A DNA stretch of 64,000 nt from an uncultured Bordetella sp. GTDB taxonomy: Bacteria; Pseudomonadota; Gammaproteobacteria; Burkholderiales; Burkholderiaceae_E. The stretch lies in the NCBI GenBank assembly GCA_964581825.1, contig CAZORB010000001.1, positions 33,291-97,290 on the forward strand, given 5' to 3'. The notes beneath the pieces were generated by a model, which saw only the letters and a program-made list of their open reading frames with translations, ran no database searches and was not told the origin of the DNA. Below are positions 20,455 through 30,154 of the stretch, one piece after another. A program made the translations under genes and the position numbers. Numbering within the stretch: the stretch's first letter is position 1; the number at the start of each line of letters is the position of its first letter.

Positions 20455-21065
20455 CCGATTCTGCCGATCTGCTACCGATCTTTCCGCTTGGCACAGTGCT
20501 GTTTCCAGGTGGCGTGCTGCCGCTTCGAATCTTCGAAGCACGCTACATGGATATGGTCCGCGAATGCATGAATACCTCGCGGCCATTTGGCGTCTGTCTG
20601 ATCACGCAGGGGCGCGAGGTAGGAACGCCCGCCGACCACGAGGCGATAGGCTGCACCGCTCGAATCGATGATTGGGATATGACTGAACCCGGTGTGCTTC
20701 AGTTGCGTACCGTGGGTGTCAGCCGGTTCACTGTGCTGAGCCGCAGTGTGCAGCCCAATGGGCTGATTCGCGCACAGGTGGAACCGATTGCAGACGATCC
20801 AGTCTTACCGGTACCAGACGACCTTGTAGCCTGCGCGCACCTGATTCGGCGCGCGATCGACGATATCTGCGCGCGTGAGCCAGAGCCTGCGCGCCGCATT
20901 CTCGCCGAGCCTTTCGCACCGGAATCCGCCGGCTGGGTCGCGAATCGCCTGGCCGAGCTGCTGCCGCTCTCTATGCCGTCGCGTCAGATGCTGATGGAAC
21001 TCACCGATCCGCTACGCCGACTCGCGCTGATCCACGAAGTCCTGTCGCGCGAGCAGATCATCTGA
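20451..21065 (+). CDS. LON substrate-binding (LON N-terminal) domain protein
   Basis: LPIFPLGTVLFPGGVLPLRIFEARY is the typical opening of a stand-alone Lon N-domain protein. ATGA overlap with the rapZ stop. Confidence 0.8.
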   Translation: MTDSADLLPIFPLGTVLFPGGVLPLRIFEARYMDMVRECMNTSRPFGVCLITQGREVGTPADHEAIGCTARIDDWDMTEPGVLQLRTVGVSRFTVLSRSVQPNGLIRAQVEPIADDPVLPVPDDLVACAHLIRRAIDDICAREPEPARRILAEPFAPESAGWVANRLAELLPLSMPSRQMLMELTDPLRRLALIHEVLSREQII

Positions 21066-22145
21066 TCAGAGCAGCGGCGCCTGCGCTTTCGACTGCTCGG
21101 ACAAGTTCAGCAAGAGCGTCCGAACCGGTTGCGCAAGCGCCAGCTGCCCCACTGTCGGCCGTTCAAACCACTGATGCGGCGCATCGGCGGCCAGTCGCGC
21201 GGCATGGGTCACTTCGATGAGTACCGGATGGGCGATCAGCCGAAAGTGCGTGAATGCGTGACGCACCGGCGAAAGCGTGTGACAGCTTGCAACGGTGACA
21301 CCGAAGCGGCTCGCGACCTGCGCAGCCACGTGCTCGATCTCAGTCACCGGTATCTCGGGCAGGCTCAATAGTCCACCCCAGATGCCTGCGGGCGGCCGGC
21401 GCTCAAGCAGCACAAACTGCTTCTGAACAATCACCGCCCAGCAGATTTCACGAACGGGTGTCGCGCGAGCCGGCCTGCCCGCGGGCAGGCTCGACTGACG
21501 CCCGGTGGCACGCGCCACGCAGCTTGCGGCAACCGGGCACTGGTCGCATTGTGGTCGCGTCCTGACACAGGTCTGCGCGCCCAGGTCCATCAGACCCTGG
21601 GTGTAAGGCTCGATACCGGTCTGCGGCAGCTCGCGCTGCGCGATCGCCCACAGCTGCGCTTCTACCTGGCGTTCACCGGGCCAGCCCTCCACGCCAAAAT
21701 GCCGGCAGAGTACGCGCTTGACGTTGCCATCGAGAATCGCCGCGCGCTCGCCAAACGCGAACGCAGCAATCGCGGCGGCCGTGGATCGGCCCACGCCGGG
21801 TAACTCGGCAAGCGCTGAAGACGAGGCCGGAAAGCGTCCGCCATGCGCGGCAACAATGGTCTGCGCGCATCGATGCAGGTTGCGCGCGCGGCTGTAATAG
21901 CCCAACCCGCTCCAAAGCTCCATCACCCTCTCGAGCGGCGCCGAGGCGAGCGCTGCCACATCGGGAAACTGCTCGAGAAAGCGCAGGTAGTACGGAATCA
22001 CCGTTCGCACCTGGGTTTGCTGCAGCATCACTTCAGACAACCAGATACGGTAGGGGTCTCGGTTCGACTGCCAGGGCAGATCATGGCGACCGTGGCGCGC
22101 CTGCCAGCTGACGATACGCGCTGCGAATCCGGCCTGAGATTTCAT
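21066..22145 (-). CDS. mutY: A/G-specific adenine DNA glycosylase
   Basis: HhH-GPD core, a 4Fe-4S loop CVRTRPQCDQCPVAASC, and a NUDIX-like C-terminal domain. Confidence 0.93.
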   Translation of the reverse strand: MKSQAGFAARIVSWQARHGRHDLPWQSNRDPYRIWLSEVMLQQTQVRTVIPYYLRFLEQFPDVAALASAPLERVMELWSGLGYYSRARNLHRCAQTIVAAHGGRFPASSSALAELPGVGRSTAAAIAAFAFGERAAILDGNVKRVLCRHFGVEGWPGERQVEAQLWAIAQRELPQTGIEPYTQGLMDLGAQTCVRTRPQCDQCPVAASCVARATGRQSSLPAGRPARATPVREICWAVIVQKQFVLLERRPPAGIWGGLLSLPEIPVTEIEHVAAQVASRFGVTVASCHTLSPVRHAFTHFRLIAHPVLIEVTHAARLAADAPHQWFERPTVGQLALAQPVRTLLLNLSEQSKAQAPLL

Positions 22146-22166
22146 CGGAACGGTCAGATCCCGGGC

Positions 22167-22991
22167 TTAGCGCGGCTGACAGCTTGTGCAGAAATAGGTG
22201 GCCCGCTGCTGCTGACGGATCAGCCTGATCGGGCTCGCACACACTCTGCACGGTTCGCCCGCCCGTCCGTAGACACCACAGTCCAGCTGAAAATACCCGC
22301 CACTGCCATCCGAGGCGACAAAGTCGCGAAGGCTGCTGCCGCCGCGCTCGATAGCGTTGCTGAGCGTGTCTCGGATGGCTTGTGCAAGCCGCTCGCAGCG
22401 GGCGAGCGACAGCCGCCTCGCGGCGACCGTTGGTCGGATGCCTGCGCGAAACAGACTCTCTGATGCGTAGATGTTGCCAACCCCCACCACGCACTGCCCT
22501 GCCAGCAGCCACTGCTTGACTGCCACGCGTCGTTCGCGCGAGGCCTGATACAACCACTGACCATTGAACCGTTCATCAAAGGGCTCAATGCCGAGGCTTG
22601 CGAGAAGCGGATGAGAAGCCAAGGGCCCCTGCTCGGGCTGATGCCACAGCATTGCACCGAAGCGCCTCGGATCGTTATAGCGCAGCAACCCTCGGTCGGT
22701 CAGGATGTCTACATGATCATGCGGTACGAGTGCGGGCGGCTCGCTAAACCATCGCAGGGTGCCCGACATGCCCAGATGCACGATCAGCGTCCCGGCGCCA
22801 AAATCAAACAAAAGGTATTTCCCGCGTCGATCCAACCCGCGCAGCGTGCACCCCGGCAGCTGCGACGCGAGCGAATCAGGAACGGGCCAGCGTAACCTCC
22901 GTTCGCGTACCTGCACTCGCGCTACGGTTGCTCCGGCCACGCGCGCGCCGAGTCCTCGACGCACCACTTCAACTTCGGGTAATTCAGGCAT
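22167..22991 (-). CDS. mutM: Formamidopyrimidine-DNA glycosylase
   Basis: MPELPEVE N-terminus and a C-terminal zinc finger [25 protein letters not shown]. Confidence 0.95.
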   Translation of the reverse strand: MPELPEVEVVRRGLGARVAGATVARVQVRERRLRWPVPDSLASQLPGCTLRGLDRRGKYLLFDFGAGTLIVHLGMSGTLRWFSEPPALVPHDHVDILTDRGLLRYNDPRRFGAMLWHQPEQGPLASHPLLASLGIEPFDERFNGQWLYQASRERRVAVKQWLLAGQCVVGVGNIYASESLFRAGIRPTVAARRLSLARCERLAQAIRDTLSNAIERGGSSLRDFVASDGSGGYFQLDCGVYGRAGEPCRVCASPIRLIRQQQRATYFCTSCQPR

Positions 22992-23117
22992 TGGCTACAA
23001 CGGATTCAGGACCTTGCTTGCGAGGCAGTGTAATTGAACCTACCATCCGCCCATGGGTCAGCCTGCTCCCAACAGGCCGATCCGCCCTCAACCCTCATTA
23101 CCTTTCCCCTACGCGCC

Positions 23118-24893
23118 ATGATTGAACCCGGCCGACGTCTCGGCCCGCTGATGTCCAGCATCCTGTCGGTGGCCCTGCTCGCCTGCCTGAGTGGCAGCGC
23201 GCTCGCGCAGACACCGCCGAGTGGCGCCCCGGATCCTTCCTCTGCTTCGACAAATCGTCCAGCTCGTCCGCTGCCCGAGGTCGACCTGTCGCCGCAAATC
23301 CTGTTTCAGGTGCTGGCTGCGGAAATCGCCGCGCAGCGCGGCGAAGTGGGCAGTGCCGCGGCAACCTATCTCGCGCTGGCACGCCGCACGCGTGACCCGC
23401 GACTGGCGCAGCGCGCGGCCGAACTGTCGCTTGCAGCACGCTCTCCCGATCGCGCGCTCACCGCTGCACGCTTATGGCTAGAGCTTGAACCCAATTCGCG
23501 GCTTGCGGGCCAGACCGTCGAGGCGCTGCAACTCAGCACCGGCGCGCTCAGCACGGCAGAGCCGTCCTTACGTACTCGACTCGAGCGGGCAAGGCGAGAC
23601 GGAACGCTTGCTCAGACGTATGAGAGCCTGCAGGCTGCGCTGCTGCGTGCACCCGACAAAAAGCAGGCGCTCGCAATGCTCGAGCGCCTTTCCGCACCCG
23701 ACCAAAATGTGGCGGCTGCCCGGCTCGCGCTTGCCGCGATCGCATCAGCCGCTGAAGCGCACGACCGCGCCGCGGCCGAGGCTGCGGAAGCGCACCGGCT
23801 TGCACCCAATGATGAAAGCGCGGCCGTCATGGCTGCGCGGCTCGCCGCGCGCGCGCAGGGCGGACTTCCAAGGGCGCTTACTCTGCTCGAACAGTTCCTG
23901 GTTCGCGAGCCCAAGTCACTCGAGGCGCGCTTCACGCTGGCCCGCCTGCTGCTACAGGCAGGGCGAGTCGATGATGCGCAAAAGCAGTTCGAGGCCGCAC
24001 TCGCTCAAGATCCGGATAACCCGGTCATTCTTTTCTCGCTGGCACAGGTTGCAGCTCAGGCGGGCCAAAACGGCGTCGCGCAACAGTATCTGCAGCGCTA
24101 CATCGACCTGCCCGCCGACATCGCGCGCGACAATGCGATCGCCATGCTCTTCATGGGGCAGATCGCTGAAGAAGACAAGCGTTATGAAGACGCCATTCGC
24201 TGGTATGCGCGCGTCGACGCGGGCGAGCAGGCCGATGTCGCACGAATCCGTCAGGCGTTGCTGCTGGGGCGGCTCAAGCGCGTCGACGAAGCGCTCGCGT
24301 TACTGCGCGAACCCGCAGTAGACGAAGCGCGCATGCGCTCGCGCCTCATTGCGGTTCAGGCGCAGGTGCTGCGCGAGGCCGGGCGCTATGCCGACGCGTT
24401 CAAAGTGTTAGACGACGGGCTCAAGCGCCTGCCCGATGACACCGATCTGCTCTATGACCATGCGATGGCCGCTGAGAAGATCAATCGAATCGATGTGCTC
24501 GAGGCAAGCCTGCGAAAACTGATCGAGGCCAAGCCCGATCACGCGCACGCCTACAACGCACTGGGCTACACGCTCGCAGACCGCAATCTGCGACTCTCTG
24601 AAGCGCAGCGGCTGATCGAGAAGGCGCTCGAGCTCGCACCTGACGATGCGCATATCCTCGACAGCATGGGCTGGGTGCTGTTCAGGCGCGGCGATCTCGA
24701 GGGCGCAATTCGCTATCTACGCAAGGCCTACGCGCTACGGCCCGATGTTGAAATCGGTGTACATCTCGGTGAAGTCCTCTGGAAGGCCGGAATGCCCGAT
24801 GAGGCCAGACAGCTCTGGCGCGACGCCGGCAGCCGCGAGCCTAGCAACGATGTATTGCGTGAAACGCTGCAGCGGTTGAACGTTTCGCCATGA
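23118..24893 (+). CDS. Secreted tetratricopeptide-repeat protein
   Basis: Signal-like segment SSILSVALLACLSGSALAQ followed by Ala/Leu-rich TPR repeats. It lies upstream of and is coupled to lolB. The start is ATG 23118 or 23151; the ORF extends upstream to TTG 23034. Confidence 0.75.
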   Translation: MIEPGRRLGPLMSSILSVALLACLSGSALAQTPPSGAPDPSSASTNRPARPLPEVDLSPQILFQVLAAEIAAQRGEVGSAAATYLALARRTRDPRLAQRAAELSLAARSPDRALTAARLWLELEPNSRLAGQTVEALQLSTGALSTAEPSLRTRLERARRDGTLAQTYESLQAALLRAPDKKQALAMLERLSAPDQNVAAARLALAAIASAAEAHDRAAAEAAEAHRLAPNDESAAVMAARLAARAQGGLPRALTLLEQFLVREPKSLEARFTLARLLLQAGRVDDAQKQFEAALAQDPDNPVILFSLAQVAAQAGQNGVAQQYLQRYIDLPADIARDNAIAMLFMGQIAEEDKRYEDAIRWYARVDAGEQADVARIRQALLLGRLKRVDEALALLREPAVDEARMRSRLIAVQAQVLREAGRYADAFKVLDDGLKRLPDDTDLLYDHAMAAEKINRIDVLEASLRKLIEAKPDHAHAYNALGYTLADRNLRLSEAQRLIEKALELAPDDAHILDSMGWVLFRRGDLEGAIRYLRKAYALRPDVEIGVHLGEVLWKAGMPDEARQLWRDAGSREPSNDVLRETLQRLNVSP

Positions 24894-24952
24894 GCGTGGG
24901 CTTACGGGACTCACCGGCAGCCACTCGCCAATCCGATCCATCACTCTGCAGT

Positions 24953-25546
24953 ATGACCCGGCGCGGTTGGCTCATCGGAATCGCGGCTGCAGCAGCAGTT
25001 TCCGGCTGCGCGGTCATCCCTCCCGACCCCGCAAGCACCGCATCCGGCGAACGTCCCGCGGCGGACCCGTCCGAATGGACCGGACGCTTCTCGGCGGTGT
25101 ATCGCGTCCCCGGCGCAGCGGGCGACGAGCAATCCGCAAGCGGTCGATTCAGGTTACTGCAACGCGCGGGGCAGACACTGCTCGAACTTTCCAGCCCAAT
25201 CGGGCAGATGATCGCGCAGGCACAGGCCGACGCGCAGGGCGCCCGGCTGACCGACAATCAGGGCCGCAGCCATCAGGCGCCCTCGGTCGAGCTTTTGACC
25301 GAGCAACTGTTTGGCTGGCGCGTCCCGGTGCAGCGGCTTCCAGCCTGGCTGCAGGGCCGTTTTGGGTCGGCTGGCACAGTCAATCCGGGAAACCAATGGG
25401 CAGGTCACGAGTCCGGCTGGGATATTCGTGTCGATGGCTGGCTCGACGATCGCGTGGTCCGGACACTTCAACTGTCGTGGCCAGGGCAGGGCGTCGCCGC
25501 AGACCGCCGCCTCCGGCTTCGCCTGGTCGTTGATTCCGCATCGTGA
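24953..25546 (+). CDS. lolB: Outer-membrane lipoprotein LolB
   Basis: Lipobox AAVSGC after MTRRGWLIGIAAAAA. LolB-sized, and located upstream of ispE as in many proteobacteria. Confidence 0.82.
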   Translation: MTRRGWLIGIAAAAAVSGCAVIPPDPASTASGERPAADPSEWTGRFSAVYRVPGAAGDEQSASGRFRLLQRAGQTLLELSSPIGQMIAQAQADAQGARLTDNQGRSHQAPSVELLTEQLFGWRVPVQRLPAWLQGRFGSAGTVNPGNQWAGHESGWDIRVDGWLDDRVVRTLQLSWPGQGVAADRRLRLRLVVDSAS

Positions 25547-26439
25547 TCGCCGAACTCCGGAACCTGCCTGCGCCGGCCAAGCTGAATCTGTTCCTGCACG
25601 TCACCGGTCGACGCAGCGACGGTTACCATCTTCTTGAAACCGTTTTCGAGATGATCGATCTGAGCGATCGCATCGATCTGCGGTTGCGCGACGACGGCCT
25701 GATTGGCCGGATCGACCCACTGCCAGGCATCGCACCCGAACATGATCTGACGGTTCGCGCTGCAAAGCTGCTTGCCGAGCACACCAGCTGCCCACTGGGG
25801 GTCGATATCGGCCTGAACAAGCGTATTCCGATTGGGGGCGGCGTAGGCGGTGGCAGCTCCGATGCCGCAACCGTTCTGCTGGGCCTGAACCGGCTCTGGA
25901 CGCTTGGACTTACCCGCGACGAACTTGCACAGATTGGCCTGCGGCTGGGCGCCGATGTCCCGTTCTTCATCTTCGGCCAGACCGCTTACGCCACCGGGGT
26001 CGGCGACCAGCTTCAGGCCTGCCCACAACCGCCTCGAAGCTATGTGCTGGTTGCCCCCGGAGTCGGGGTATCAACGCCCAGGGTGTTCACTGACCCTGGT
26101 TTGACACGTGATTCGAAACCGCTCAAAATCGACAGTCTTTTGCAAGGCCGGTCGGTCTTTTGTGGAAGGAACGATCTCGAGCCGGTAGCCATGCGCCTTG
26201 AGGCTAGCGTTGAAGCGGCATTAGTTGCACTTCGCGAAGCAGCGCACCGATTCGAAATCGCTCCAGAGCTTCCCCGCATGAGCGGGTCGGGCTCTACGGT
26301 TTTCATGCCGGTTCCTCAAGATCAACTTTCCGCTGTCGTTCAGTTTCTTGAATCCGGCGGCAGGCTAAGTAAAAGTGCTTCCATCCATGTTGGTCGGTCG
26401 GTAGCGCGGCACCCGCTCCATTCGTGGGCGTTTGTCTGA
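25543..26439 (+). CDS. ispE: 4-diphosphocytidyl-2-C-methyl-D-erythritol kinase
   Basis: APAKLNLFLHVTGRRSDGYHLLETVF and the GHMP motif PIGGGVGGGSSDAA. GTG start overlaps the lolB stop. Confidence 0.94.
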   Translation: MIAELRNLPAPAKLNLFLHVTGRRSDGYHLLETVFEMIDLSDRIDLRLRDDGLIGRIDPLPGIAPEHDLTVRAAKLLAEHTSCPLGVDIGLNKRIPIGGGVGGGSSDAATVLLGLNRLWTLGLTRDELAQIGLRLGADVPFFIFGQTAYATGVGDQLQACPQPPRSYVLVAPGVGVSTPRVFTDPGLTRDSKPLKIDSLLQGRSVFCGRNDLEPVAMRLEASVEAALVALREAAHRFEIAPELPRMSGSGSTVFMPVPQDQLSAVVQFLESGGRLSKSASIHVGRSVARHPLHSWAFV

Positions 26440-26498
26440 AGTGCCTCGATTCGCCCGGATGCGTAGTAACCGGGTCAACGTCGGCAGCATCACCACGT

Positions 26499-26575
26499 TG
26501 GGGAGTCGCCAAGTTGGTTAAGGCACCGGATTTTGATTCCGGCATGCGTAGGTTCGAATCCTACCTCCCCAGCCA
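26499..26575 (+). tRNA. tRNA-Gln (anticodon TTG)
   Basis: TGGGGAGTCGCCAAGTTGGTTAAGGCACCGGATTTTGATTCCGGCATGCGTAGGTTCGAATCCTACCTCCCCAGCCA. The 7-bp acceptor stem TGGGGAG pairs with CTCCCCA. The anticodon stem CCGGA/TCCGG carries loop TTTTGAT. A T-loop GGTTCGAATCC is present and CCA is encoded. It is very similar to E. coli tRNA-Gln. Confidence 0.95.
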
Positions 26576-26583
26576 AAGTTCTC

Positions 26584-26622
26584 GCGTTGCTTGCCATTAT
26601 TGAGCAACGCCCAGCTTTCTTA
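26584..26622 (+). terminator. Hairpin plus T-rich tract downstream of tRNA-Gln
   Basis: GCGTTGCT (26584-26591) pairs with AGCAACGC (26603-26610), followed by CCAGCTTTCTTACTC. Confidence 0.45.
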
Positions 26623-26696
26623 CTCTCGATTCTTCAGGTGGCTCGATGCTTTCAGGATACCGTCGTCATGCGGAGTCGCTGTCGCCTGAGGGTCTG

Positions 26697-27629
26697 ATGG
26701 TGTTCACCGGCAATGCCAATCCCCGGCTTGCCACAGACATCGCGCACCATCTCCACATCAAGCTTGGCAAAGCCACCGTCAGCCGGTTTTCGGATGGCGA
26801 AGCAATGGTCGAGATTCTGGAAAACGTCCGCGGCAAAGACGTGTTTGTTGTCCAGCCCACCTGCGCGCCGACCAACGACAACCTGATGGAAGTCATGATC
26901 ATGGTCGACGCGCTCAAGCGCGCTTCGGCCGGCAGAATCACCGCGGCCCTGCCCTATTTCGGATACGCGCGGCAGGACCGACGCGTGCGCTCATCGCGTG
27001 TGGCCATCAGCGCCAAGGTGGTCGCCAACATGCTGCAGATCGCTGGCGTTGATCGCGTCCTTACTATGGACCTGCACGCCGATCAGATTCAGGGCTTCTT
27101 CGATATCCCGGTCGACAACATCTATGCGGCGCCGGTCATGCTTGCCGATCTGCACAAGTCGCCCTACGACGACATGCTGGTGGTCTCGCCTGATGTGGGG
27201 GGCGTCGTGCGCGCACGGGCCATCGCCAAGCGCATTGACTCCGATCTCGCCATCATCGACAAGCGTCGCCCCAAGGCCAATGTGGCCGAGGTAATGAACA
27301 TCATCGGCGATGTATCAAACCGAACCTGCGTGATCATGGACGACATCGTCGACACGGCCAACACGCTGGTCAAAGCAGCGGCGGCGCTCAAAGAGCACGG
27401 CGCCAAGCGCGTGCTTGCCTACTGCACGCATCCGGTGCTGTCAGGCGCTGCGGTGGACCGCGTGAAAGATCCCGCGCTCGATGAGCTGGTCGTGATCGAC
27501 ACGATTCCGCTCTCGGAAGCGGCGCGCGCCTGCGGCAAAATCCGCGTTCTGTCATGCGCGCAGCTGTTTGCGGAAACCATTCTGCGCATCAACCGCGCCG
27601 ACTCCGTTTCGTCACTGTTCGTCGACTGA
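26697..27629 (+). CDS. prs: Ribose-phosphate pyrophosphokinase
   Basis: [12 protein letters not shown] start region, [11 protein letters not shown], and the PRPP loop [12 protein letters not shown]. An alternative upstream ATG lies at 26646. Confidence 0.95.
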   Translation: MVFTGNANPRLATDIAHHLHIKLGKATVSRFSDGEAMVEILENVRGKDVFVVQPTCAPTNDNLMEVMIMVDALKRASAGRITAALPYFGYARQDRRVRSSRVAISAKVVANMLQIAGVDRVLTMDLHADQIQGFFDIPVDNIYAAPVMLADLHKSPYDDMLVVSPDVGGVVRARAIAKRIDSDLAIIDKRRPKANVAEVMNIIGDVSNRTCVIMDDIVDTANTLVKAAAALKEHGAKRVLAYCTHPVLSGAAVDRVKDPALDELVVIDTIPLSEAARACGKIRVLSCAQLFAETILRINRADSVSSLFVD

Positions 27630-27775
27630 TACAGGGTTCGGCACGCAGTACAGATTCATCGTTTTTTTGGTGCTCGTCGTTTCAAAGCGTCGGGCGTATC
27701 AGCAACACCCGGTGTCCTGGTCGCGGGTTCCGGGTTTAAGCGAGTCGAGAGGCTCGCGTTTGAAAGGAGTGCACG

Positions 27776-28441
27776 ATGAAAGTCGTCGCCACCACACGAA
27801 AAGAGCAGGGATCGAGTGCGAGCCGCCGCCTGCGTCGTAGCCATCAGGTTCCGGGCATCCTCTATGGCGGAACCGATCAGCAGCCCACGCCAATCGCCAT
27901 CGAGCACAACCCGCTCTATCACGCGCTGCGCGTCGAGGCTTTCCACTCTTCCATCCTCGAGATGGAGCTCGACGGCCGCTCCGAGCAGGTGCTGTTGCGC
28001 GATATCCAGTGGCATCCGTACCGCCAGCAGGTCATGCACATCGACTTCCAGCGCGTAGCGCCCGATCGGCCGATTCACATGCGGGTACCGCTGCACTTCC
28101 GTAACCAGGAAGCCTCGCCTGCGGTCAAGCAGTCGGCGGGTATCGTCGGCCATGTGCTCACCGAAATCGACATCACCTGCCTGCCCAAAGACCTGCCTGG
28201 CTTTATTGATGTCGACCTCAGCGGTCTCGAAGCCGGTAAGCCGCTGCATGTGCGCGACATCCGCTTCCCAGAGGGCGTGTCGCCGGTGCTGCGCAGCAAG
28301 GAAAACCCGGTCATCGTCACAGTCACGATTCCGGGCGCAGAAGAGGCGCCGTCCGAGTCGGCAGCTGCCGCACCCGCTGCCGCCAAAGGCGCACCCGCTG
28401 CCAAGGCGGCGCCCGCAGCCAAGCCCGCCGCCAAGAAGTAA
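27776..28441 (+). CDS. rplY: 50S ribosomal protein L25 / general stress protein Ctc
   Basis: RRLRRSHQVPGILYGG motif. It is the long Ctc form with an Ala/Lys/Pro-rich tail. AGGAG lies upstream of the start. Confidence 0.92.
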   Translation: MKVVATTRKEQGSSASRRLRRSHQVPGILYGGTDQQPTPIAIEHNPLYHALRVEAFHSSILEMELDGRSEQVLLRDIQWHPYRQQVMHIDFQRVAPDRPIHMRVPLHFRNQEASPAVKQSAGIVGHVLTEIDITCLPKDLPGFIDVDLSGLEAGKPLHVRDIRFPEGVSPVLRSKENPVIVTVTIPGAEEAPSESAAAAPAAAKGAPAAKAAPAAKPAAKK

Positions 28442-28501
28442 CGCACTGACGGCTGGCTTATCGCCACGGGGCGCCCATGCGGCCCCTGTGGCGACACTGC
28501 A

Positions 28502-29095
28502 ATGAACGGTATCCGTCTGATTGCCGGCCTCGGCAATGTCGGCCCTGAGTACGACGACACCCGGCATAACGCAGGCTTCTGGTTTGTCGATGCGCTCGCA
28601 CGGGCGCACTCGGCTTCGTTTTCACGCCAGAGCAAATTTTTTGGTGATGTCGCACGAATCACCGCGGCAGGCGAGCCGGTTTACCTGATCAAGCCCACCA
28701 CCTTCATGAACCGCTCAGGCCAGGCGGTCGCAGCGCTTGCCGGCTTTTATAGGGTGACGCCTGAGTCCATTCTGGTGGTGCACGATGAACTCGATCTGAT
28801 GCCTGGAATGGCCAAGCTGAAGCAGGGTGGCGGTCATGCGGGTCACAACGGCCTGAAGGACATCACCGCCAGGCTGGGGTCGGCCGAGTTCTGGCGGATG
28901 CGACTCGGTATTGGTCATCCACGCACGCTCGCGCTCGAGCAGGCGGTGGTCGACTTCGTGCTGCATCGTCCCTCTCGAGACGATCGCGCAAAAATTGATC
29001 AGGCGATTGATGCGGGGCTCGATGCCGTTCCCGATCTGCTTGCCGGACGTCTCGAGCAAGCGATGAAGCGGCTGCATACCGCACCACGGAGCTGA
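28502..29095 (+). CDS. pth: Peptidyl-tRNA hydrolase
   Basis: [18 protein letters not shown] and [10 protein letters not shown] motifs. Confidence 0.95.
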   Translation: MNGIRLIAGLGNVGPEYDDTRHNAGFWFVDALARAHSASFSRQSKFFGDVARITAAGEPVYLIKPTTFMNRSGQAVAALAGFYRVTPESILVVHDELDLMPGMAKLKQGGGHAGHNGLKDITARLGSAEFWRMRLGIGHPRTLALEQAVVDFVLHRPSRDDRAKIDQAIDAGLDAVPDLLAGRLEQAMKRLHTAPRS

Positions 29096-29099
29096 CCCG

Positions 29100-30041
29100 C
29101 TAACGGTGTTCGTTGGCGACGCCCGCCGGTACATGCCCCGCTGGACCAAAGCGCGCGGCCTGCTGAACATGGCCGGTCTGGTCATCAAAAAAGAAATCGG
29201 GCTCGAACTCTTTCAGAAATGGGCCCTTGCCCAGCCCACCCAGAAACATCGCCTCATCCACGCCTACACCCCAGGCCATGAGCGTGCGGATTGCGCGTTC
29301 ATGCGCAGGCGCGCTCCGCGCGGTAACGAGTGCGGTTCGGATTCGCATCGTCGGGGCATTCGAGCCCGCCATGCGCAGCCTGTGCAGCGCCTCGAGGAGG
29401 GGCTTGAAAGGTCCTGGCGGTAATGGGCTCGCGGCGCGATCCGCCTCGTGGCGCTGGAATGCATCCAGGCCATTGGCCTGAAACACGCGCTCGGATTCAT
29501 CCGAGAACAACACCGCGTCGCCGTCGAAGGCGATTCGAATTTCATCGGGATGCGACTCAGAGGCCTTGACCGATTCGGGGAACACGCGCGCGGCAGGAAA
29601 TCCCGCAATCAGCGCGGCGCGCACGTCGTCGGCATTGGCTGACAGGAACAGGTTGGCTGCAAGCGGCACCAGATAGGGCCAGGGCGTTCGTCCGCTGGTA
29701 AAGACGCCTCGCTCAAGCCGCAAGCCTTCATGGCGTGCTGAACGAAACACACGCAGACCGCTCACCGGATCATTTCGAGACAACACCACCACCTCGATAC
29801 GCCGAGCCTGCGGCGCACAATCAGGCGCATCGAACGCCAGCAGCTTTTTCACCAGCGCATGGGCAACGCCTGGCGAGGCGGGCTGCTCGAGCCGATCGCG
29901 CTGGAGCGCCATGTAGGCCTGTGCGTCGCCCCCCTCGAACACGCGATTTTCTTCCTCGAAATCGAATACCGCGCGCGAAGAAATCGCAACGACCAGCTTA
30001 CCGTCCAGAGTGGGTGCCATGATGCTCGCTAGGTTAGGCAT
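29100..30041 (-). CDS. 5'-nucleotidase family protein (the family I recall as Pfam PF06189)
   Basis: LVVAISSRAVFDFEEENRVF and IRIAFDGDAVLFSDESERVF resemble that cytosolic-type 5'-nucleotidase family. The family name is from memory. The start is ATG 30041 or 30020; the longer ORF to 30155 is rejected. Confidence 0.65.
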   Translation of the reverse strand: MPNLASIMAPTLDGKLVVAISSRAVFDFEEENRVFEGGDAQAYMALQRDRLEQPASPGVAHALVKKLLAFDAPDCAPQARRIEVVVLSRNDPVSGLRVFRSARHEGLRLERGVFTSGRTPWPYLVPLAANLFLSANADDVRAALIAGFPAARVFPESVKASESHPDEIRIAFDGDAVLFSDESERVFQANGLDAFQRHEADRAASPLPPGPFKPLLEALHRLRMAGSNAPTMRIRTALVTARSAPAHERAIRTLMAWGVGVDEAMFLGGLGKGPFLKEFEPDFFFDDQTGHVQQAARFGPAGHVPAGVANEHR

Positions 30042-30154
30042 TGTTGGCGAACGATGCAATCTCGTCGCCCTGCGGCATTGATCTGGACTGCTGCCTTGAC
30101 CCGAACCCGCAAGCAGCGCTACCGTCAGCGTCCTTCTGAAAGCAAGGTATTGCA

